54,854 bases of DNA, from assembly GCA_038318235.1 (NCBI GenBank), contig JBBQBY010000001.1, positions 1-54,854 on the forward strand, given 5' to 3'. Shown here piece by piece: positions 7,371-14,297 of the stretch. Every line of letters begins with the position of its first letter. Position 1 is the first letter of the stretch. The position numbers and the translations under genes were made by a program. A model generated the notes under the pieces. That model searched no databases. It was not told the DNA's origin and saw only the letters and a list, made by a program, of their open reading frames with translations. This DNA comes from Caldilineales bacterium. Its GTDB lineage: Bacteria; Chloroflexota; Anaerolineae; Caldilineales; Caldilineaceae.

Positions 7371-7427
7371 AAGGTTACCGATTTATTTTGTTAATGACCA
7401 TCATTCACCCTGATCTGCGTAACACAA

Positions 7428-8219
7428 GTGAGAAGATTGAATATGAGCAATCTAGAGCATCCAGAAGTGGCCGTGATCGTGGATGATGTGATCGTCCGCT
7501 ATCCTGGCACCCATGAGACCGCGCTCGAAGCCGCCAACATCCGCATCGGACGCGGGCAACGGGCGGCCTTGATCGGCCCTAACGGCGCCGGCAAATCGAC
7601 GCTTTTGAAAGCGATGGTCGGCCTGTTGCCTTTAACGCGTGGCAGAATTCAGGTATTGGGCGAACCGGCGCATGTGGGCCGGTACCGTGTGGCCTATGTG
7701 CCACAGAGCCGCGAAGTCGATTGGCATTTTCCGATCACGGTTTTTGACGTGGCATTGATGGGGCGTGATGCCCATCTGCGTTGGCCGCGCTGGCCGCGGG
7801 CGCACGACAAAGCGCTGGCGATGACGGCGCTAGAAGAAGTGGGCATGGCGCCACTGGCAAAGCGCCATATTGCCGATTTATCCGGCGGACAACGCCAGCG
7901 GGTCTTTATTGCTCGTGCCCTAGCCCAACAAGCCGAGGTGCTGCTGTTGGATGAGCCATTTGGTGGCGTGGATACGGCTACCGAACAATTGATCTTTCAA
8001 CTAGTAGACCAACTTTGTCGGGCCGGTGGCACCGTGATTATTGCCACGCATGATCTGGCGACATTACCTGAACATTTCGATCAAGCTGTAATCTTGCAGC
8101 ACCGGGTGGTCGCCAGCGGTTCACCCGATCAAGTCTTAGCGGCTGCCGTGTTGGCTGAAGCATACGGCGGTCCACTGGCCTTATTACACGAGCGAGCGCA
8201 GCATGACCTGGTTAATTGA
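7428..8219 (+). CDS. Metal ABC transporter ATP-binding protein (ZnuC/TroB-like)
   Basis: Walker A GPNGAGKST, signature LSGGQRQR and Walker B LLLDEPF are present. The start may instead be the ATG at 7443. Confidence 0.9.
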   Translation: MRRLNMSNLEHPEVAVIVDDVIVRYPGTHETALEAANIRIGRGQRAALIGPNGAGKSTLLKAMVGLLPLTRGRIQVLGEPAHVGRYRVAYVPQSREVDWHFPITVFDVALMGRDAHLRWPRWPRAHDKALAMTALEEVGMAPLAKRHIADLSGGQRQRVFIARALAQQAEVLLLDEPFGGVDTATEQLIFQLVDQLCRAGGTVIIATHDLATLPEHFDQAVILQHRVVASGSPDQVLAAAVLAEAYGGPLALLHERAQHDLVN

Positions 8220-9051
8220 ACCCTTACAATATGCGTTTTTCCTGCGGGCGCTGCTGGTCGGCGCGCTGCTTGGCGCCACCTGTGGTGCGCTTGGCTGCTT
8301 TGTGGTCCTACGCGGCATGGCCTTTATTGGCGACGCGATGGCGCATTCGGTGTTGCCCGGCGTGGTGATCGCCTATCTGCTGGGCGTCAACATTATCGCC
8401 GGCGCCTTTGTCACTGGTCTGCTGGCCGCCATTTTGATCAGCGCGATCAGTCATACCGAACAAGTGCGCGAAGATACGGCGATTGGTATTGTCTTTACCG
8501 GAGCCTTTGCGTTGGCAATCGTGTTGATCAGCCGCACGCAAGGTTATGTGCGCGATTTGACCCATTTTCTTTTTGGCAATATTCTGGGCGTGGCACCCGG
8601 TGATGTGATCATCGCCGCAATCGTTACGCTGGTTGTCCTGAGCTGCATGTTTCTGTGGTATCGCGAATTGCTGGTCAGCTCATTCGACCGCACGCATGCC
8701 CAAGTGATCGGTCTGCACTTGAATTGGCTGCATATGGGGCTAATGGCGCTGTTAGCGCTGACGATTGTCTCGGGCATTCAGGCGGTAGGCGTCGTGTTGA
8801 TTGCCTCTTTGTTGGTGACGCCGGCCGCCACGGCGCGCCTGCTCACTGATCGTTTAACAGTAATGATTTTGCTCGCCGCCTTGTTGGGCAGCGGGGCGAC
8901 CCTGATTGGGCTCTACACCTCCTATTATGTACAGGTTGCCTCGGGTGGCGCTGTCGTCTTGACGAGTACGCTCGTGTTTTTGTTAGCGCTAATCTTTGCA
9001 CCGCATAAAGGGATCCTGGCGCGTCGTGTACATCAAACGTTACCCTCCTAA
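8203..9051 (+). CDS. Metal ABC transporter permease (ABC-3 family, ZnuB/TroC-like)
   Basis: 282-aa polytopic membrane protein whose start overlaps the ATPase gene by 17 nt. It has the typical ABC-3 hydrophobic pattern (FIGDAMAHSVLPGV). Confidence 0.9.
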   Translation: MTWLIEPLQYAFFLRALLVGALLGATCGALGCFVVLRGMAFIGDAMAHSVLPGVVIAYLLGVNIIAGAFVTGLLAAILISAISHTEQVREDTAIGIVFTGAFALAIVLISRTQGYVRDLTHFLFGNILGVAPGDVIIAAIVTLVVLSCMFLWYRELLVSSFDRTHAQVIGLHLNWLHMGLMALLALTIVSGIQAVGVVLIASLLVTPAATARLLTDRLTVMILLAALLGSGATLIGLYTSYYVQVASGGAVVLTSTLVFLLALIFAPHKGILARRVHQTLPS

Positions 9052-9076
9052 ATTGACCATAGCCAGACCCCCACCT

Positions 9077-9150
9077 AACCTCCCCCTGCTGGGGAGGAAC
9101 TGATGTTTCGTTTGCCCCAACTGTTCCTGCCCAACTGGGAGGGTGAGGTT
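9077..9150. repeat. Mirrored double-hairpin element, fourth sequence family
   Basis: AACCTCCCCCTGCTGGGGAGGAAC (9077-9100) faces GTTCCTGCCCAACTGGGAGGGTGAGGTT (9123-9150). The left arm is itself a CCTCCCC/GGGGAGG hairpin. It lies just after the permease stop. Confidence 0.55.
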
Positions 9151-9240
9151 ACAACGCCGCTATCCAAACTAGAAAGTTTGTTCGTGTTTCCGTGGCTTTA
9201 AATTTGCAGGAATTTAGTTCTATGGCGTACAATTCTACCC

Positions 9241-9834
9241 ATGACTAATTCAACACGTCCAGATTTGGGCTCTGTATACCGCCAGACCTTCCATCAACTG
9301 CTTGCTGCCCACGGGATCACCGAGTTGCATGGGGCAGAATTGTTGCGCTTGGTCCACATGGTAACCAATACCTATGAAAATGTTGTCGGGGCGGTTGGCG
9401 GCGGTGAAAGACTCTCGGCACCCCGTTGGCGCTTGTTGATGCGTCTATTGGTGGAAGAGCGGGCCGGTGGTTCCTATGTCTATCCGACGGAACTCAGCAA
9501 GTCGCAAGCCGTGAGCAAAAATACGATCAGTGCGCACTTGCGGGCCTTAGAAGAACAAGGGCTGATTATCCGCGAACTTGACCCGCAAGATCGGCGCCAG
9601 TTTCGGATTCATCTTTCCGATGCTGGACGCACTTTGATTCAAAACGATACGCCCAAATATATGATGTGTCTGAACCAACTGACGGCTGATTTGACTGGCC
9701 CAGAAGTTGAACAATTGCAAGCGCTCTTATGGAAATTATATGGTTCACTGGTCCATCATGGCGGCTTGAATGAGCAATGTATGCAAATGAACCAATCTCA
9801 TCAAACGGATCATCAAGCCGAGGCTGAAACGTAA
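9241..9834 (+). CDS. MarR-family transcriptional regulator
   Basis: Winged-HTH segment LSKSQAVSKNTISAHLRALEEQGLIIRELDPQDRRQFRIHLSDAGR. A TACAAT -10-like hexamer lies only 9 nt before the ATG, so the mRNA may be leaderless. Confidence 0.85.
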   Translation: MTNSTRPDLGSVYRQTFHQLLAAHGITELHGAELLRLVHMVTNTYENVVGAVGGGERLSAPRWRLLMRLLVEERAGGSYVYPTELSKSQAVSKNTISAHLRALEEQGLIIRELDPQDRRQFRIHLSDAGRTLIQNDTPKYMMCLNQLTADLTGPEVEQLQALLWKLYGSLVHHGGLNEQCMQMNQSHQTDHQAEAET

Positions 9835-9870
9835 CTACCCTAGTGGTGCGTCCATTTAGTTTTTAGAAGC

Positions 9871-9923
9871 GTAGTGACGACTTTAGTCGTTCCGACCGAC
9901 TCAACGACTAAAGTCGTCACTAC
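9871..9923. repeat. REPIN-like element, second sequence family (GTAG-TGACGACTTTAGTCGT / mirror)
   Basis: GTAGTGACGACTTTAGTCGT-13 nt-ACGACTAAAGTCGTCACTAC, with perfect 20-nt inverted arms. Each arm is itself a small hairpin and each starts with GTAG. Confidence 0.75.
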
Positions 9924-9987
9924 GGTTAGACAGTAAGTCAGTAGGACAGTCAGCTAATAGACAAAGCAAATCAAAGGCATACAAAAG

Positions 9988-10053
9988 GTAGGTGCGGTTT
10001 TTAACCGCACAGCTTGGGTAAACCAGCCAAGTGCGGTTAAAAACCGCACCTAC
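9988..10053. repeat. REPIN-like element (GTAGGTGCGGTTTTTAACCGCAC family)
   Basis: GTAGGTGCGGTTTTTAACCGCAC...GTGCGGTTAAAAACCGCACCTAC, with outer unique arms ATAGACAAA (9957-9965) / TTTGTCTAT (10075-10083). Confidence 0.8.
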
Positions 10054-10191
10054 GATTGTCTGGCATTTAAATGGTTTGTCTATAAGGTTAGCAATCTACG
10101 CAGTTTTTATCGCATGTTATTTGTAAAGACCTCTTGACAGCGCAAAGAGTAGCACGGGCCGAAGAGCGGCCATGAATAAAGGAGGTATGTT

Positions 10192-12066
10192 TTGGTAAAT
10201 AGTCAACGTGGTAATCGGCAAGGCCAAGGTCGCAATAAGGGCGGCTTTAAACATTTGGGTAGGGCGATCCGCTATCTAGGGCGTTATCGGCGGACGGCGC
10301 TGCTTGGGTATCTTGCCCTCTTTTTGAGCACAGGCGCGCAATTGGTTGTGCCGCAACTGGTGCAAAATATCTTGGACGCCGTGGGTAGGGGCATGGCCGC
10401 CCGCGCAACGGGTGGCACGCCGGACGCTGCCTTCCAAGCGCTCTATTGGGCGATTGGCCTGATCCTGATCTTTGCGGTCATTCGTGGTTTTTTTGCCTTT
10501 GCGCAAGCTTATTTGTCGGAAAAGTTAAGCCAGAGTGTTGCCTTCGATTTTCGCAATGAGTTGTTTGCCAAGATCCAGCATCTCTCGTTCAGCTATCACG
10601 ACCGCAATCAGACGGGCCAATTGATGATCCGCGCCACTGACGACGTGGACAAGCTGCGCGTCTTTATCGGGCAAGGGTTACTGATCATCGTGCAGGCGTT
10701 TGTGCTCCTGATCGGTGCGCTAACCCTATTGGCGCTCACCAACTGGAGCCTGACGCTGACGGTCATTGCCATTCTACCTTTAGCCTTGATCCTGTTTATG
10801 CTCTTTGGGAGTATTAGCCAACCGATGTTTGCCCAGGTGCAAATGAAGCTTTCTGCTTTGAACACCGTTCTGCAAGAAAACCTGGCCGGGATTAAGGTGG
10901 TCAAGGCCTTTGCGCGCGAACCACAAGAAGAAGCCCGTTTTGATAAAGCTGCCGAAATTTTGATGCAGCAACAGATTACGCTGGCGCGGGTTTTTAGCTT
11001 CCTCTTTCCCTTTATTTTTTTAACGGCCAGTTTGGGCCAAGCGGCCGTCATCTACTTTGGTGGCAAGCAGATCATCGTCGGCACCTTGACCGTGGGCGAA
11101 TGGCAAAAATTCAGCCTCTATCTGGTTTTGGTCTTTTTCCCAATCGGCCAACTTGGCTTCATTATCTCGCAGATGAGCCAAGCGAGCGCAAGTGCGACGC
11201 GGATCTTTGAAATTCTCGATACGAAAAATGAGGTTGCGGACAAGCCAGACGCCAAGCCATTGCCACCGATCCAGGGGCATGTCGAATTCAAAAACGTAAC
11301 TTTCCGCTATTTCAGCAGCAGCGAACCGGTATTGGCTGATATCAGCTTTGAAGCGACGCCCGGCCAAACCGTCGCGCTGCTTGGTTCCACTGGTAGTGGC
11401 AAGACGACGATCATCAATTTGATCCCGCGCTTTTATGATGTCAGTGAAGGCAAGGTGTTGATCGATGGCTTTGATATCCGTGATGTACAACTAGAATCGT
11501 TACGACGTCAAGTGGGGATTGTGTTGCAAGAGACTAACCTGTTCACCGGCACCATCCGTGATAATATCGCGTTTGGCCGGCCAGACGCCTCGGACGAAGA
11601 CGTGATCGCGGCCGCCAAAGCCGCGGCGGCCCACGATTTTATCGTCAGCTTTCCCGAAGGTTATAACACACCAGTGGGTGAGCGTGGCACGACCTTGAGC
11701 GGCGGGCAGAAACAACGCGTTGCGATTGCACGTGCCTTGTTGCTTGACCCGCACATTCTGATTTTGGACGACTCAACCAGCAGCGTTGACGTGGTGACCG
11801 AAGTGCAGATCCAACAGGCGCTCGACCGCCTGATGCAGGGCCGCACCAGCTTTGTGATCGCACAGCGGATTAGCACAGTGGTCAGTGCCGATCAGATTTT
11901 GGTGCTGGACAAAGGTCGCATCGTCGCTCGTGGTAAGCATGTCGATTTGATGGAGCAGAGTGAAATCTACGCCGAAATCTATCGCAGCCAACTCGTCGAA
12001 GACGCGACGGTGGTAGAAGAGCCGGGTGAATCGGAGAAGATGTTAACCGCAATAAGTAATAAGTAA
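10192..12066 (+). CDS. ABC exporter fused permease/ATPase, subunit with a non-catalytic Walker B (heterodimer partner 1)
   Basis: TTG start 7 nt after AGGAGG. Six TM helices are followed by an NBD with Walker A GSTGSGKTT, signature LSGGQKQR and Walker B ILILDDSTS, where Asp replaces the catalytic Glu. Confidence 0.9.
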   Translation: MVNSQRGNRQGQGRNKGGFKHLGRAIRYLGRYRRTALLGYLALFLSTGAQLVVPQLVQNILDAVGRGMAARATGGTPDAAFQALYWAIGLILIFAVIRGFFAFAQAYLSEKLSQSVAFDFRNELFAKIQHLSFSYHDRNQTGQLMIRATDDVDKLRVFIGQGLLIIVQAFVLLIGALTLLALTNWSLTLTVIAILPLALILFMLFGSISQPMFAQVQMKLSALNTVLQENLAGIKVVKAFAREPQEEARFDKAAEILMQQQITLARVFSFLFPFIFLTASLGQAAVIYFGGKQIIVGTLTVGEWQKFSLYLVLVFFPIGQLGFIISQMSQASASATRIFEILDTKNEVADKPDAKPLPPIQGHVEFKNVTFRYFSSSEPVLADISFEATPGQTVALLGSTGSGKTTIINLIPRFYDVSEGKVLIDGFDIRDVQLESLRRQVGIVLQETNLFTGTIRDNIAFGRPDASDEDVIAAAKAAAAHDFIVSFPEGYNTPVGERGTTLSGGQKQRVAIARALLLDPHILILDDSTSSVDVVTEVQIQQALDRLMQGRTSFVIAQRISTVVSADQILVLDKGRIVARGKHVDLMEQSEIYAEIYRSQLVEDATVVEEPGESEKMLTAISNK

Positions 12067-12128
12067 CAGGTAAATGGTAAGTGGTCATGATCGGTAACGA
12101 TCACTTACAAATTACTAATTACCTGTTA
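12064..12128. repeat. Intercistronic palindrome between the two ABC exporter genes (GTAAGTG/CACTTAC word family)
   Basis: TAACAGGTAA...GGTAAGTGGTCATGATC-GGTAAC-GATCACTTAC...TTACCTGTTA. The AAGGAGG RBS of the downstream gene follows. Confidence 0.6.
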
Positions 12129-12153
12129 CCTATTACCTATTAAGGAGGTTTCT

Positions 12154-14109
12154 ATGTTTGGTGATCCAAGGCGTTTATTCGGCCAGGATACGAGCAAACC
12201 ACGCAGTGTTGGGTCTACGCTCAGCCGCTTGGGTAAATATTTTAAAGCGTACTGGCCTTTGTTAGCGTTGGTGCTGGTCTTAATGGTGGTCAACACTTGG
12301 GTGCAGGTCTATACACCCCAATTAACTGGCCAGGCCGTTGACTGTTACCTGGTGCCCGCGGGTGTCACAGGTCAAACCACGGCTGGCGCAGCGACCACGG
12401 CCAGCAACGCAGCCCAAAGCAATTGTTGGTATGATAGTTTGCCACCCAATGCCAGCCCCGAAGCGCGGACAAGCGGGCTGCTCCACTTGGTGCTTGTCTT
12501 GGTGGGCCTTTTCATCCTGGGTGCGCTCGCCGGCGGTGCGATGTTCTTTCTGATGGGTTGGATGGGTCAACATGTGTTGCGCCGCTTGCAGGTAGATGTC
12601 TTTCATCAACTTCATCGTCTATCGCTTAGCTTCTACAGCAAAAACGAGACCGGCGATCTGATGAGTCGCATCACCAACGATATCAGCACGATCCAACAGA
12701 CGCTTACTTTTGCCCTGGTCAATGTCCTCGGTGGCGTTTTGCTGATGGTCTGGCTAGCCTATAATATGCTGCGCGCTGATCTGCTCTATGCCCTGATCAG
12801 CTTAGCGGTGGTGCCGTTGATGGTCATTGCCACGCTCTGGTTTAGCGGCCAGGCGCGTAAGGCCTTTCGGGTGACGCGCCTGAAAATCGGCGATGTCAAC
12901 GCCGAGTTGGAAGAGGGCATTGCCGGTGTACGCGAAGTGCAAGCCTTCAGTCGCGAGGGTGCCAACATTGCCGCCTTCCGCGAGAGCAACGCCGCCAATC
13001 GTGACGCCAACGTGCGGGCTGTCGCCTATTCCGCGGCGCTGTCACCGACCCTGGAAGCGCTTGGCTATCTGGCAATTGCGATTGTGGCTGGCGTGGGTGG
13101 CATTTATTTGTTGCGCGGGCAGACGCTGGGCGCCACCGCCGTCTCACTGGGCTTGATCGTCACTTTCCTGGGCTATGTGCAACGCTTCAATCAACCAGTG
13201 CAGCAGATCAGCATTCTCTGGACAAATATTCAGAGCGCCATCGCTGGGGCTGAGCGTATTTTTGACCTGCTCGATGAAGTGCCGGATATTTTGGAGAAGC
13301 TCGATGCCAAGGAAATGCCGGAAATTCTCGGGCGCGTGGTCTATCAAGATGTGCGCGCCGAGTATGACACTGAGACGCCAGTGTTGCGAGGGATTAACTT
13401 AACTGCCGAACCCGGCCAGACGATTGCGATTGTTGGGCCAACCGGCGCCGGTAAGACGACGCTGGTCAATTTGCTGCCGCGCTTTTATGATGCTACGAGC
13501 GGCAGTGTGACCATCGATGGGGTTGATGTGCGGGATGTAAAGCTGGCCACTCTGCGCCGCCAGATTGGCATCGTGTTGCAGGATTCTTTCCTGTTTAGCG
13601 ACAGTGTGATGAATAATATTCGCTTTGGTCGCCCGGAAGCCAGCGACGAAGAAGTGATAGCCGCTGCCAAACTAGCCCGCGCTCATGATTTCGTTGAACG
13701 GTTGCCCGAAGGTTATAAGACCGTGCTGGGTGAGCGTGGCAGCGGGCTCAGCCAAGGTCAGCGCCAGCTACTTTCGATTGCCCGTGCGGCGCTCGCGCAA
13801 CCTCATGTGCTGATTCTGGACGAAGCCACGAGCAGTGTAGATACGCGCACCGAGCGGCAGATTCAAGCGGCGTTAGAGCAACTGCTGGCTGGGCGTACCA
13901 GCTTTGTGATCGCCCACCGCCTGAGCACCATTCGCAATGCCGACCAGGTATTGGTGCTGGTGCAAGGTGAAATCGTCGAGCGCGGTCGCCACGAAGAATT
14001 GTTGGCGCACAAGGGTGTTTATTACGACTTGTATATGAGCCAATTCAAACGACAAGAGAGCATGATGATGAGCACCAACGGGCACGCCCCCGTGGCCGTA
14101 GCGGTTTAG
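12154..14109 (+). CDS. ABC exporter fused permease/ATPase, catalytic subunit with a degenerate signature (heterodimer partner 2)
   Basis: AAGGAGG RBS. Walker A GPTGAGKTT and Walker B LILDEATS (canonical Glu) are present. The signature reads LSQGQRQ instead of LSGGQ. Confidence 0.9.
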   Translation: MFGDPRRLFGQDTSKPRSVGSTLSRLGKYFKAYWPLLALVLVLMVVNTWVQVYTPQLTGQAVDCYLVPAGVTGQTTAGAATTASNAAQSNCWYDSLPPNASPEARTSGLLHLVLVLVGLFILGALAGGAMFFLMGWMGQHVLRRLQVDVFHQLHRLSLSFYSKNETGDLMSRITNDISTIQQTLTFALVNVLGGVLLMVWLAYNMLRADLLYALISLAVVPLMVIATLWFSGQARKAFRVTRLKIGDVNAELEEGIAGVREVQAFSREGANIAAFRESNAANRDANVRAVAYSAALSPTLEALGYLAIAIVAGVGGIYLLRGQTLGATAVSLGLIVTFLGYVQRFNQPVQQISILWTNIQSAIAGAERIFDLLDEVPDILEKLDAKEMPEILGRVVYQDVRAEYDTETPVLRGINLTAEPGQTIAIVGPTGAGKTTLVNLLPRFYDATSGSVTIDGVDVRDVKLATLRRQIGIVLQDSFLFSDSVMNNIRFGRPEASDEEVIAAAKLARAHDFVERLPEGYKTVLGERGSGLSQGQRQLLSIARAALAQPHVLILDEATSSVDTRTERQIQAALEQLLAGRTSFVIAHRLSTIRNADQVLVLVQGEIVERGRHEELLAHKGVYYDLYMSQFKRQESMMMSTNGHAPVAVAV

Positions 14110-14234
14110 GCCATAGAGCACCCTGCCAACGGCTTTCTCCCTTTCTAGAGGAGGGAGAAAGCCGTTGGGGAACAAAACAAGTAGCGTGACGCACACCCGA
14201 CGCGGAGCGCCGGGATCTACCAAAAAGGAAGAAT

Positions 14235-14269
14235 AAAAGGGCTATCCACAGTTGGTGGATAGCCCTTTT
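14235..14269. terminator. Bidirectional intrinsic terminator between the ABC exporter operon and the giant gene
   Basis: AAAA-GGGCTATCCAC-AGTTG-GTGGATAGCCC-TTTT, an 11-bp GC-rich stem flanked by A- and T-tracts. It lies between convergent stops at 14109 (+) and 14298 (-). Confidence 0.75.
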
Positions 14270-14297
14270 ATGATAAGCACTCAGCCCTATCCAAACC

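Noticed and set aside
10172-10198. 8-codon uORF (MNKGGMFW) as a leader peptide of the ABC exporter
   Set aside because: It has no convincing RBS of its own and there are no obvious alternative terminator/antiterminator hairpins. It is kept only as a side note in the ABC exporter finding.
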